From assembly GCA_964016885.1 (NCBI GenBank), contig OZ024758.1:25358001-25422000 (forward strand): 64,000 bases of DNA, in the 5' to 3' direction. Positions 13,250-26,496 of the stretch are shown here, piece after piece. The first letter of the stretch is position 1; each line of letters starts with the position of its first letter. The position numbers and the translations under genes were made by a program. The notes beneath the pieces were generated by a model. It was not told where the DNA came from. It ran no database searches and saw only the letters and a list, made by a program, of their open reading frames with translations. The stretch comes from Eledone cirrhosa (lineage: Eukaryota).

Positions 13250-14109
13250 CGAGTCAATATGTATTTATTAACTTTTGCAATAAAATATTAATTCTTCTAA
13301 AAGCATATTCTATTGTACTATCGAAAAAATATCAAAAATCGATAGAAACTGCCCGTTTAATATTCTCTAATATGTAATGATATTTAGGTATTTATTACCT
13401 GAAATAATCTAGTATTAAATTTGAAAAGAAGAAAGAAAAAAATAATAATAATAAAGTTCCGTTAACTTTGCCTTTCATCCTTATGGGGTCGATAAAATAA
13501 AGTACCAGTAATACACTGAGATAATTGCTGGCCTTGTGCCAAAAGTAGAAACAAGTTATTTTCCGGTTTGCACTCGGTAAAGTTAAAGATTTTGGTGTCA
13601 TCTATAGAAATCTGACCCTGATAAAATCTAACATCTAATTAACTTTAAGTTAACACGCAACTTTAAGGTTAACATGCAGCAGGTTCGCCCACTTCAGAGA
13701 AAAGCACTATTTACTGTTTTATAATATTTCTATATATCCTCAAATTATATATTAATTTAGTTGTCTGTGAATGTATTTGCTTAGAACAAAGTAATGCTGT
13801 ACTCGGCATAATTGCTCCATTTTCTTAAGATTTTTTTTTTTTTTTTTTTCGATCTGTGTCTTATTTGCTGTCTGCGCATTCGACTACTAAACAAAGGAGA
13901 ACATAAGTTAAGTTCGTTGTCTATGGTTGTCATTTCTTCCCATTTAGTGAAGAAATAATAATAATAAAAATAATAAAAATAATAAAACATTTGCTGAATG
14001 AGTGTTTTATTTATTGTTATTGCAAAAGACGAGTAGAAAGAAATGTGAACGAGACAGAGAGAGAGAAAGAAAGAGAATTGTGGTGTATATTTTAAAAGAG
14101 GGTAGACAG

Positions 14110-14296
14110 CAGGCCCGTCTTAACGCATGGGCACGCTGGGCTGTTGCCCGGGGGGGGTCCCACGAGGATAGGGGGCCCATTTGTATTTTTATTCCTGTGA
14201 GTGGTTGTGTAGGTAGGGGGGGGGGGGGCAGTGCTCTGCTTTGCCCGGGGTGTAGGGGTGGGGGTGGTGGCCAATAATGCTGTTAAAACGGCCCTG
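14110..14296. mobile_element. hAT MITE with 8-bp TSD
   Basis: gtagacag|caggcccgtcttaac...gttaaaacggccctg|gtagacag. Confidence 0.85.
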
Positions 14297-15704
14297 GTAG
14301 ACAGCTAACTAACTTTATCTTTCATCGTTACGGGATCGATAAAATAAAGCACCAGTAATGCACTAGGAGTAATTGCTGGCCTTGTGCCAAAAGTAGAAAC
14401 AATTATTTTGTACTGTACAATTAAGATTTTAGTCCTTTTTCTTCTTGGATAGCTAACTTATTTTCTTATCTTGTACAATAAACATTTCAGTTTTTCGTCT
14501 TCTTACTCTCCACTTTTACCCATTTCAATTCTAAAAATATATGTAACATAAATATATATCCACTTGATCGTACACTTACCGCCTTCGACAATGTAATTCA
14601 TCAAAGTAATGTAAAGTTTACAGCTCGTACTTAGTCACTACTAAGATTGCTGAGTTGGTCAACTAACATCCTTACTATGTATACGTAGAGAAAGCTGACT
14701 AATGTATTTTTCTCATCTCTCCTTTTCTATAACACACACACACATATACACACGCACACGCATACGCACACACATACACTCACACCTCCCTCCCCACACA
14801 CATATACGAATACACATCCACACACAAACATCACATCTCTCTCTTTACACACACACACCTCCACATACACACACACACACACACACATCACATCTCTCTC
14901 TCTTTACACACACACACACACCGCCACATACACATACATACACACAACCTACGCACACCACATCTCCACACATATACATACACAACCTTCGCACGCATGC
15001 ACACACTCATACACACACAACCTTCGCACACGCACATACACAAAACCACATTTCCACACATACATCTTCACGCATGCACACACACACACATATATCCACA
15101 CATATACATACACAACCTTCGCACGCATGCACACACTCATACACACACAACCTTCGCACACACGCACTCACCACACACAACCTTTGCATGCACGCACACA
15201 CACACACACACAACCTTTGCATGCACGCACACACAACCTTTGCACACACACGCACACACACACACACACACGCGCGCGCATACACAAACACAACTTTCAC
15301 ACACACACACACACACCTCCACCTCTCTCACACACACACACACACACCTCCACCTCTCACACACACACATATGTGTTAGTAAGTTATAAACCAGCATCCA
15401 GATAGACAGCAACACGGCAACACAAGTTGGTACACGTACATCTAAAAACGCGTTAGTCAGCTTTTCAAGATGTGTGTGTGTGTGTCTGTGTATGTGTGTG
15501 TATGTGCATGTGTGTGTCTGTGTATATATGTGTGTGTGTCTGTCTGTCTGTGTATGTGTGTGTGTGTGTGTGTGTGTATACAGAAGCAAACGTTAATCAC
15601 AACACTCAGCTTTATTTTGAAGGTTTTCCTGAATCTAACTGCTAAATATGTTAAAAACATCGAAAATAAAACATATGACTACTACTACTTCTACCACATA
15701 ATAA

Positions 15705-16803
15705 TAATTGTTTCTACTTTTTGGCACAAGGCCAGCAATTACCCCAGTGTATTACTGGTACTTTATTTTATCGACCCCGTAAGGATGAAAGGCAAAGTTA
15801 ACCTCGGCGGGATTTGAACTCAGAATGGAAAGGGCAGTAACTCTATGCGTCAAAAGCATGGCGTCCGACCCTCTACCAATACTGCCAATCCACCAATAAT
15901 GGTTTTTGATTTAGGCACAAGGCCAACAATTTTGTGGGAAGGGAAAGTCGATTAAATCTACCCTAGTGCCAGCGGCAAAGCTCTGGTGATGCTCGGGGCA
16001 AATCTTGATTGTATGCCACAAAGACTCAAGTATTAGGCCTAATGCCCGAAAGACTTAAGTATAAGGCCTAATATTATGAGAAAGGAAAACATTTTGAATA
16101 TATAAACACAGATGAAACATGAAATAAACGCTTTATTCGATTTTAATATAATCAATCAAATTTATGAAGTTCTTTTCCCCAAATGATGCCCCCCCCATCC
16201 AAAGGATGCCCGGGGCCGACGCACCATCGACCCATCCCCATCTGCACGCTACTTTTCAGTACATTACTGGTACTTTATTTTATCGACCCCGTAAGGATGA
16301 GAGGCAAAGTTGACCTCGGCGGGATTTGAACTCAAACTGCAAAGGGCCATAACTCTATGCTGCAAAGCATGGCATCCGATCTTCTACCAATACTGTTTCT
16401 ACTTTAGGCACAAGGCCTGTAATTACCCAGTGCATTACTGGTACTTTATTTTATCGACCCCGTAGGGATGAAAGGCAAAGTTAACCTCGGCGGGATTTGA
16501 ACTCAGATCGTAAAGGGACGTAACTATGCTGGAAAGCATGGCGTCCGATCCTCTACCGATACTGCCAATCCACCGCCTTCTACCAATACTGCCAATCAAT
16601 AATGGTTTCTTATATAGGCACAAGGCCAGCAATTTTGGGTGAGGTGAAAAGTCGACCCCAGTGCGTGACTGGTACTTTATTTTATCGACTCCGTTAGGAT
16701 GAAAGGCAAAGTTGACCTCGGCGGGATTTGAACTCAGACTGCAAAGAGGCGTAACTCTATGCTGCACAGCATGGCGTCCGACCTTCTACCGATAGTGCCA
16801 ATC
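15705..16803 (-). mobile_element. Cluster of about five Meta-type SINEs with a nested hAT-like MITE (about 15965-16251)
   Basis: Repeated ctggtactttattttatcgaccccgtaaggatgaaaggcaaagtt. The intervening MITE recurs inverted at 51836-51965 plus 52718-52835. Confidence 0.8.
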
Positions 16804-16934
16804 AATAATAAGTTATCAGATAATGTAGATGAGTGTTTCAAGAAATTATTTCCTAGTGGGGAAAAGTTGTAGTAGCAAGTCTTAAGTACTATAGCAATTA
16901 AAACACACACATACTCACGCACGTATTATATGTA

Positions 16935-17013
16935 CAGGGTGTCCCCAAAAACTGTATACTCACTTTGGTTAGAATGCTATTGAAGTGTGTATACATTTTT
17001 TGAGGACGCTGTG
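16935..17013. mobile_element. About 80-bp mariner-type MITE
   Basis: TA|cagggtgtccccaaaaactgtatactcactt ... aagtgtgtatacattttttgaggacgctgtg|TA. Confidence 0.7.
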
Positions 17014-17174
17014 TATATCATTGCTAGCAGAGAGTTGACGTTTAATGATGACACACACACACTGGCACACACACATAGTCACACACAGGCACACAATCAC
17101 ACACGCACGCACACACAATCACACGCATACACACACACATTATTGCAAGCAGGGAGAACTGATGTTTAATGATG

Positions 17175-17256
<82 letters not shown>

Positions 17257-17334
17257 ATTATATATGTACATATATATATATGTATATGTATATATTTATT
17301 GTTATACTTTGGGAGGGTCATGTTGCCAATATTT

Positions 17335-17449
17335 ATAGAAAAATGTTCAAGAGCTCGACGACAGAGCTCGAGCCGTTTCGACGGCTATTTCAGAAATAGC
17401 CGTCGAAACGGCTCGAGCTCTGCCGTCGGGGTCTTGAACATTTTCCTAT
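17335..17449. repeat. Fold-back palindrome (about 57-bp arms) at the end of a (TA)n-anchored dispersed element that has a second copy at 19135-19265
   Basis: gagctcgagccgtttcgacggctatttc-a-gaaatagccgtcgaaacggctcgagctc. The right arm continues into sequence shared with 19135-19265. Confidence 0.8.
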
Positions 17450-17532
17450 TATCCACTCTACTACTCTAAGTACTAAGTATTGAGTACTCTGGTGCGTTTT
17501 GGTCCACCTGGTTCCTTACCACACTTCCTTCG

Positions 17533-17627
<95 letters not shown>

Positions 17628-17668
17628 CGAAACATAAGTCAATTGCATGAACTCATAATCCTTTATTT

Positions 17669-17723
17669 ACTGCTATATATATTTCGATGATAGCCATTGA
17701 ATGGCTATGACCTCATCAGCAGT
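17669..17723 (-). ncRNA. Hammerhead motif, divergent sequence family
   Basis: Reverse strand: actg-CTGATGA-ggtcatagccatt-c-aatggctatcatc-GAAA-tatata-TA-g-cagt. Long stem II, one extra base at the cleavage junction. Confidence 0.6.
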
Positions 17724-17783
17724 TAGTCAGTTCTTAGATATGCCAGCTCTGTGGTTTATAGTGTTGATGGTATCAGAGTCTTG

Positions 17784-17880
<97 letters not shown>

Positions 17881-17942
17881 CATATGTTGATTTAAAACTT
17901 CACTGCTCACAAGTGTTTTTTAAACTTCATATCATGTCTCCC

Positions 17943-18010
17943 TATTTTATCTGATGAGAACGCAGATATCCCATGATGATATTTGTTTTTGAAATGCGCA
18001 TAATAAAATA
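17943..18010 (+). ncRNA. Minimal type-I hammerhead ribozyme motif (Penelope-type)
   Basis: tattttat-CTGATGA-stem II (cagatatc/gatatttg)-GAAA-t-gcgc-a-TA-ataaaata. Stem I is 8 bp perfect; stem III is minimal with a palindromic tetraloop. Confidence 0.75.
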
Positions 18011-18133
18011 CATGGAACTCTTTTAACCATCTTTTGATCTTATATTATTTATACTCCAGTCCTACAAACTGTAGAGTGCTACTTATCCGATATTTGCATT
18101 GCTTTATTGTGCTACAATAAAACTCACCTCCTA

Positions 18134-18211
<78 letters not shown>

Positions 18212-18489
18212 ACACACACACATATATATATATATTCAATAGTACAGCATATTCGAAGTTCGATCAGCAGCTAAGCCAACGAATGCCTTCAGCAGTGCAG
18301 CCAAGCACTCGACAAGGTATAGACCTCAGAGTAATAACATACAGTTTAAAGGGCTTTGCAAATTGAAAATGGCGACGGCTAAATCAGCTGAGTGATCTGT
18401 AGCAACGAAAGAACTGACTAGTGAGAAAAGGATACACACACACACACACACACACATACACACAAACACACACATACACACACACATAT

Positions 18490-18568
<79 letters not shown>

Positions 18569-18605
18569 ATTAAATAAATGGAAACTATATTTATAAAACC
18601 ATATT

Positions 18606-18717
18606 TATTTCATTATATATATTTCAGGGATATCATATTAACAATATGTTATGCCTTCTTCAGACTGAAGAAGGCATAACATATTGTTAATATGATATCC
18701 CTGAAATATATATAATG

Positions 18718-18722
<5 letters not shown>
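18606..18722. repeat. Perfect fold-back palindrome made of two head-to-head hammerhead cores
   Basis: Centre tcttcag-a-ctgaaga at 18664. Each arm reads CTGAAGA-aggcataacatatt...aatatgatatccct-GAAA-tatata-TA outward. Confidence 0.85.
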
Positions 18723-18767
<45 letters not shown>

Positions 18768-18859
18768 AAGGCGGGTAAAATTCCCGAGATCCATGGACGA
18801 GTTCTCTCCAGCGGTCTCTGTCCCTCATTATCGCTGCCATATCCCAAAAGTCAGCTCAA

Positions 18860-19015
18860 AAGTGACACAGAGGAGACTGAGGTTAGCTGGACATGCTCAC
18901 CGACATCCAGAGTTGACATTGTACTCAGTACTCCTTTGGGAGCTCCTATATGGACACACTAGAAGAGGAAGACCAAGGTTAACGTATGTTGATGCCCTAA
19001 GGACAGACACTGGTC
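18860..19015 (+). mobile_element. RTE-clade LINE fragment between (TA)n tracts
   Basis: RRLRLAGHAHRHPE...LLWE...RRGRPRLTYVDALRTDTGL. Confidence 0.8.
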
Positions 19016-19019
19016 TGTT

Positions 19020-19056
<37 letters not shown>

Positions 19057-19263
19057 CACTTTGACCATATATGGAATTACCCCTTGAGAAGATCGGCTAT
19101 TTAAATACCAGGATAAATTTTCATTTAGTCCAGAATTAGCCGTCGAAACGGCTTGAGCTCAGCTGTCGGGGTCTTACTGGTTCCTATTACCCACTCTACT
19201 ACCTCAAGTATTGAGTACTTTGGTGCGTTATGGTCCACCTGGTTCCTTACCACATTTCCTTCG

Positions 19264-19306
<43 letters not shown>

Positions 19307-19870
19307 GATACAAGCATATATATACACACACATATATATATATACACACACAGATGCACGCATATATATACACACACATATATATATATATATACATATA
19401 CACACACACATATATATATATACATATACACACACATATATATATATATATACATATACACACACATATATACATATACACACACATATATATACATATA
19501 CATACACACACACACATATATATATATATATACACACACATATACAGATACACGTATATATATATATACATACACACACACACACATGTAAATATACACG
19601 CATATATACACACGGAGAGAGAGAGAGAGAGCACCCTCAGTAACTGTGAGTTGGCTATAGGCGAATCTTGTCTCTTAATGCCAATGAAACCAGAATAAGC
19701 ACCGGCCTGATGAAACTTTGTATTTGGAGCATTCTCTCTCTCTCTCTTTCTCTTTCTCTCTTTTTCTCTCTCTTTTTCTCTCTCTCTTTCTCTCTTTCTC
19801 TCTCTCTCTTTCTCTTTTTTTCTCTCTCTTTCGCTCTCTCTTTCTCTCGCTCTCTTTCTCTCGCTCTCTT

Positions 19871-19950
<80 letters not shown>

Positions 19951-20029
19951 ACACGTGTGTGTGTCTGTGTGAGTATATATGTGGTTGATGGCTTCTTGAC
20001 GGCCATCTCAGTTTGTTTGGCCTTTATAA

Positions 20030-20338
20030 CAGGGGTTCTCAACCTTTTTTTCCTGTGGACCACCTAAACTTTTAAATCTATTGTAATAGAACTGCTACTT
20101 ATAAGCATCAGTAGATGTTTTTTTTTTCAATGAATTAGAAAATGCTATTATCATGTCGCAGTGCCTAAACATCTACGCAAATAAACAGCTGAAGTCGTAC
20201 TTATGCGAAGAATAAGAACAGCGCTTTAAGTCAAATGCATGGATCAAAAAAGAATTTGCTACTGAAAATTTTCTGTGGACCATCTGAATTTTCCTGTGGA
20301 CCACTAGTGGTCCACCTGGACCAGGTTGAGAATCTCTG
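20030..20338. mobile_element. hAT (Charlie-like) MITE with 8-bp TSD
   Basis: ctttataa|caggggttctcaacc...ggttgagaatctctg|ctttataa. Confidence 0.85.
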
Positions 20339-20757
20339 CTTTATAACCTAATGTTTATTGTTCTGGTCTTTATTTGGTCCATGGAGCGCTTGCCAGCATA
20401 ACTCGGATATTGCGTTTCAAGTGACGTTTTTTTTTACAAAATGAAAAATAACCCAGGTGTCCTACACGAGTGAAAGTATAAGGAAAAAAGATGAAATCGA
20501 AAATGGAACTAGTCTTATTTTAGAAAAATATATATTTTTGTTTGGTCTATGGTTTTTCTCACATCTGAGAAAAACCACAGACCCTCCATCTCAACTCTTC
20601 TTTTGAAAAGCAGAACTGCGAAACCGGTAAAGGAACCAAATAAATATATATATTTTTCTAAAAAATGACTCCAGTTGCATTTTCGATTTCATCTTTTTTC
20701 CATATATATATATATAGTTATGTAATAAACAACATAAGGCAATTATTTCAATTACTT

Positions 20758-20807
<50 letters not shown>

Positions 20808-20833
20808 GTATAATAAACAATACAATATAATTA

Positions 20834-20903
20834 CCTCATTACCAGAGGTTTCCCGAATAAGACGAATACGAAAGAAACGTCCTCATTCGTTCGTCGGACA
20901 AGG
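20834..20903 (-). ncRNA. Hammerhead-like motif with variant core (CCGACGA)
   Basis: Reverse strand: ccttgt-CCGACGA-acgaatgaggacg...cgtcttattcgg-GAAA-cc-tct-gg-TA-atgagg. All three stems can form; there is a U4C change in the core. Confidence 0.5.
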
Positions 20904-21201
20904 CAATATAAAACATAGTGAAATATTTGGAAAGTCTCCTCAAGAAATGCCAAAAAAAAATATATATATAAATAAAAGCAATGCAATAGACATATAAAAT
21001 ATATAAAAAAATATAAGGAAATATAGTTAGCTATGTGTATATGTATGTATATACACTCACAAATGTACATATGTATGTATGTATGTACAAATGCGTGTGT
21101 ATGGTGAAAATGTGTGCGTATTATACATTAAATTTTGCTCTGGTACTTACATAGAGCACTCTTCACTCTTATGACTTTTTCAATTTTCAACGGAAACTTC
21201 A

Positions 21202-21256
<55 letters not shown>

Positions 21257-21430
21257 GTGGTAGAATGCTCACCGGCCACGCGGTCAACCTAGGTTCGTTT
21301 CTCGGCCGATGCATGTTATTATCAAGGGCGGTGCCCCAGCATGGCCTCAGCCGGATGGCTGGAACAGGTAAAAGACTGTATGTGTGTCTGTGTGTGTGTG
21401 TGTGGCGAAGTTCTTTTCACAAACATGTGG

Positions 21431-21461
<31 letters not shown>

Positions 21462-21542
21462 GGAAAGTTATATTTAAATTGTTGGGTTAACAACGAGTAA
21501 ATATTTATAACTGATATAAAAGCACTCAACAAGTATTTGGAG

Positions 21543-21914
21543 TATATTTATGATATTAAATAAATGGAAACTATATTTATAAAACCATATTTATTTCGTT
21601 ATATATATTTCAGGGATATCATATTAACAATATGTTATGCCATCTTCAGACAAAATACAATATAAACAGTCTTATAAATAAATAGATACGTCATACCTTT
21701 CAATCACCTTGCATTTGTGAGGTTGATTTGGCAGATCAACCTCACAAATGCAAGGTGATTGAAAGGTATGACGTATCTATTTATTTATAAGACTGTTTAT
21801 ATTGTATTTTGTCTGAAGATGGCATAACATATTGTTAATATGATATCCCTGAAATATATATAACGAAATAAATATGGTTTTATAAATATAGTTTCCATTT
21901 ATTTAATATCATAA

Positions 21915-21919
<5 letters not shown>
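21543..21919. repeat. 377-bp near-perfect palindrome carrying a complete hammerhead motif on each arm (21592-21657 minus, 21805-21870 plus)
   Basis: Arms are reverse complements about centre 21731. Motif: tattttgt-CTGAAGA-...-GAAA-t-atat-a-TA-acgaaata. Confidence 0.9.
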
Positions 21920-21947
<28 letters not shown>

Positions 21948-22122
21948 ATCTACTCTTATGTGTGCGCCTGTTTGTCTCTGACTCGTTGCAATCGATAACG
22001 ATAGCGCAGGTGGTGGTATTTGTTTACGTACCTCGCAGACAGTGGTGCCACTGCCTACCAGTTAGACGTGTGATGAGTTGTACTTTACTTACAAAAACAA
22101 AGGTGATATTTCGTATTACTAA

Positions 22123-22156
<34 letters not shown>

Positions 22157-22644
22157 TAAGAACCTTACGATTTTGTAAAAGGAATATGTGGTATTATAGA
22201 AAGATACCCCCTCAATTTCAGTGGGAAATATTTGTTGATTTTTTTTTCTAGGTCGTATCGTCAATTAAACTTACCTCCTAATATAGCCATAGGGACATTT
22301 TTCCACGGAAAAGGAGAGGGTGGTGCTGGACTCGGACTTTGGGGGGGGGGGGGGTTAGGGTAAAGAAACCACCAGGAGGGGCCAGGTCCGAGGGTTACCC
22401 CCCCCCCCCGCTCTGATATCTGGAGAAAAAAGTGTGTCCTATGCAGAAGGTAAGATTAGTTGGTCGCATACTAAAGAAAAAAAAAAAAGGGAATTTTCAT
22501 CTTACCTCAATAATTGTTTCTAATTTTGGCACAAGGAAGGCCAGCAATTATCCCAGTGTATTACTGGTACTTTATTTTATCGACCCCCGTAAGGATGAAA
22601 GGCAAAGTGAATGTTGCAAAATAAATAGAAATAGTATGTCTGGT

Positions 22645-22808
22645 CAGTGTTGGATTTAGGACAAATGAGGTCCTGTGCTAGTTAAGTTATGATGCCCCTT
22701 ACTTGGGCCCTGAAGGAGGAAAACAAATTTTGGCAGGAAGAAGGGTTCCCCTGGCCAAGAGGGCCCTGTGCTTAAGCACATCTAAGTACAATGGTAAATC
22801 CAGCACTG
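22645..22808. mobile_element. hAT-like MITE; inverted second copy at about 5567-5734
   Basis: tgtctggt|cagtgttggattta...taaatccagcactg|tgtctggg. Confidence 0.8.
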
Positions 22809-23784
22809 TGTCTGGGAAATCAGTAGCCCCACTTCAGTACTGACTTGGTCTATGTAGACCCGTCCAACCCTTACTAGCAGGGAAAGTAGCGGACATTAAA
22901 TGATGATGAGTATAACCACACTATCTTTGTGATGGACTGGCGCTTGTCCAAGGGGAGAGTCTTGTACTCTCAATTACTTCATGCCACGGAAACCAGGATA
23001 AGCACCAGCCTGATGTGCCTCAGGGTTCAAGACAGACTTTTATAAGAACACTTATACGTACCCAGTTTCTTCAAAATAGAGAAATTATTTCATTTATTGC
23101 TCAGTCTTCACTAGATTTTAGAAGGTACTAGACCACCTGTGACCCGTTGCATCACGTTCACTTAAAAATATTTTTTTTAAATCATGTTCACAGCCTTTTC
23201 TCTCTCTCTCTTCCATGTTCCTTCTCTGTCCCCCCTCTCTCTCTCTGTCTCTCTTTCAATCTACTCTTTCACAACCACTATCTCTTTCTCTCTATCTTTC
23301 TCTCTCTCTATTTATGAAAGTACCTGGAAAATCCCCGTATCTCGGGAACCCATGCTCCAATTTACGCGAAACTTGTTTTATTCTATTTGTATTCCCATTT
23401 CAGGGACAACTTCCTTTCAAAGTGTTTTCCCATTATGCACTGTTTTTGCTGTATTACATTACAGACACGACATAATCACAGAGTTTTAGTAGAATTTGAG
23501 GGTATTTGGTAATCCCACACACAATGTGCTACTTATTCTGTTGCAGATGCATATGTTCCTGTTTAAAATGAGACCAATCTTATCCAGCTGTTCCTGAACT
23601 CTAGATATATTATAGCTTTAGGCAAAAAGCATTAATAAAAGAAATGCTTCTGTTTTGTTTATTATTTAGTCTGTAGACAAGCAGTTCCTTCAGCTGTTCA
23701 TGCAGTTGAAGTTGAGTTATGGACTTAAGTCTTTGCAGTCAGTTGTAGATAGTTTTTCTCTGATGTAACTGTAAAGGTTAATTC

Positions 23785-24650
23785 TGGTTTCTGATTTAAG
23801 CACAAGGCCAGCAATTATTATTTTTTTTTTTGGGGGGGGGGTCTATTAAATCGACCCAGTGCATTACTGGTTCTTTATTTTATCGACCTTGTAAGAATGA
23901 AAGGCAAAGTTAAACTCAGCGGGATGTGAACTCAATACTACTACTAATAATTGTTTCTACTTTTGGCACAAGGCCAGCAATTATCCCAGTGTATTACTGG
24001 TACTTTATTTTATCGACCCCGTAAGGATGAAAGGCAAAGTTAACCTCGGCGGGATTTGAACTCAGACTGTAAAGAGACGTAACTATGCTAGAAAGCATGG
24101 CGTCCGACCCTTTAACGATACTGCCAATCCAAATGGTTTCTGATTAGGCACAAGGTCAGCAATTACCCCAGTACATTACTGGTACTTTATTTTATCAACC
24201 CCGTAAGGATGAAAGGCAAAGTTAACCTCGGCGGGATTTGAACTCAGACTGTAAAGGGACGTAACTATGCTAGAAAGCATGGCGTCCAACCCTCTACCGA
24301 TACTGCCAATTCACCTTGCATTAATAATGGTTTCTGATTTAGGCACAAGGCCTACAATTTGAGGGGGTGGGGGTTGAATAAATCTACCCCAGTCCATTAC
24401 TGGTGCTTTATTTTATTGACTATCTTGTCATTAATAATGGTTTCTGATTTAGGCACAAGGCCTACAATTCGAGGGTGGAGGGAGTTGATTAAATCTACTC
24501 CAGTGCATTACTGGTATTTTATTTCATCGACCTTTTAAGGATAAAAGGTAAAGCTAAGCTTGGCAGGATTTGAAATCACAACATAAAGGGCCATACTTTA
24601 TGCTGTAAAGCATGGTATCCAGCACTCTACCGATACTGTCAGTCTACTGC
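23785..24650 (-). mobile_element. Head-to-tail array of five Meta-type SINEs
   Basis: Five tails/cores in the same orientation with almost no spacer. Confidence 0.85.
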
Positions 24651-26044
24651 CCTTGTGTAAAAATTAACAATGAAGTTTACAAAGAGCAAAGATGAAAATA
24701 TGTGACCCGGTATTAGAAACTGGACAATGATGCTATATTTTCTAGTTCAGTGCCATAAAGTTCTATATTTGAAGCCTACTTAAAGTATCTTAGACATTTG
24801 TCTCTTTAGCTGTTGATATAAATATAAGTAAGGCAGTAAATTGGCAGAGTTGTTAGAATATCAGATAGAATACTTTGCCGGATTTGTTTCAGCTCTCTTC
24901 TCTCTGAGTTCAAATCCTGCCGAGGTCAACTTTGCCTTTCATCCATGAGGTCAATAAAAAAGTACCAGTTTAGTACTGAGGTAGATTTTTTTTCTCGATA
25001 TCATCGTCATCATCATCATTTTACGTCCGCTTTTCCCGGCTTGCAAGGGTGGGACGGGTCTTATTCAGCACAACATCTCTCCACTTGTCACGGTCCTTCG
25101 TCATCTTCACCGTGAGCTTCAGCAATATGAGGTCTGTTCTCACCACCTCCGCCCATGTTTTTCATGGTCTACCTCTACCATGTCTTCCTTCAACTGGCAT
25201 ATCTCTTTATCATTTCCATTCTCACAGTCTCTCAATGCTTCTCCGGAAGAAACCTGCTGCTGTATTCAGACCTGGAGAGGAGATGGACTCTGCAAGGTTT
25301 TAAAATGTCCTAGAAATGCTGTCTGTCAATATAATGCCTCTATGACTCCCTCAGAAGTTATAGGACCATGCATGCATAAGTGCCATGATAAAATGCATCC
25401 AGATAGCAGTGAGTTAGGATACGGTCGAGACCACATCACTATTCACTGCTATTGGGGCGGAGTTGGCCACCTTGCAGGTGCAAGCCCTGCAGGGGAGTAG
25501 CTGTTTCAGTGCCTCTCCCTCAGCATGTTTCCTTCACCATCCTCTGGGGCAATGCCTTCTCCATCCTGTTGACCAGGACCCCGAGGCAAAGGGTAAATTA
25601 GAATATGGTGGAGGATACTCGTTCAGATGTCACTTCTACAACTAAAGTATATTTACAAATTCCTATCTACATTTGTCACTTAATTTTTATGACAAATGCA
25701 TCCAGCATGTCCACTCTTTGAGGTGGTTGGCATTAGGAAAGGTATCCAACGATAGAGACCATGCCAAATATGGAACATATGAGTAAGGTAGGTCAACCTA
25801 ACCCATCTGGTCTCGGACCATGGCAACCTGTCCAACCCATTCCAGTGTGGAAAGTGGAAATAAAATGACGATATATAGTCAATCAAATTGACCCTAGTAT
25901 TTAACAGGTCCTTATTTATCATGTGAAGTTGCGGGGCTTTGTGGTTGAGGTATTTGGCTCAGAACTGTAAGGTTGTGAGTTTGGTTCCTGGCAGTGCATT
26001 GTCTCTTTGAGCAAGACATTTTATTTCACGTTGAGAGAGAAACT

Positions 26045-26338
26045 GTCTGAGAGGGATAGAATGTAGTGTACGGGAGAGGAGACTGAGGTGGTATGGACAT
26101 GTGATGCGCATGGAGGATGACCGATGGGTGAAGAAGTGCCAGGAATTGCCAGTTGAAGGAAGACGTGGTAGAGGTAGACCACGAAAAACATGGGCGGGGG
26201 TGGTGAGAACAGACCTCAGATCATTGAAGCTCACGGTGGAGATGACGAGGGACTGTGACGAGTGGAGAGATGCTGTGCTGAATAAGACCTGTCCCACCCT
26301 TGAAAGCAGGGAAAAGCGGACGTAAAATGATGATGATG
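26045..26338 (+). mobile_element. RTE-clade LINE 3' end
   Basis: RRLRWYGHVMRMEDDRWVKKCQELPVEGRRGRGRPRKTWAGVVRTDL...DCDEWR followed by a (tga)n tail. Inverted copies at 25005-25200 and 54093-54295. Confidence 0.9.
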
Positions 26339-26496
26339 TTGCTCTATGCTACAAAGAATGTTATTTGACGCTCTATCGATACTGCCGGTCTCTAATATTG
26401 AGAACTGTCATTAGCTAGAATCTACATGAACTTACATCATTACATTACATTACACTATTGACTTGTAAAAGGAATGTAGTTTGTTTTGACAACAAT

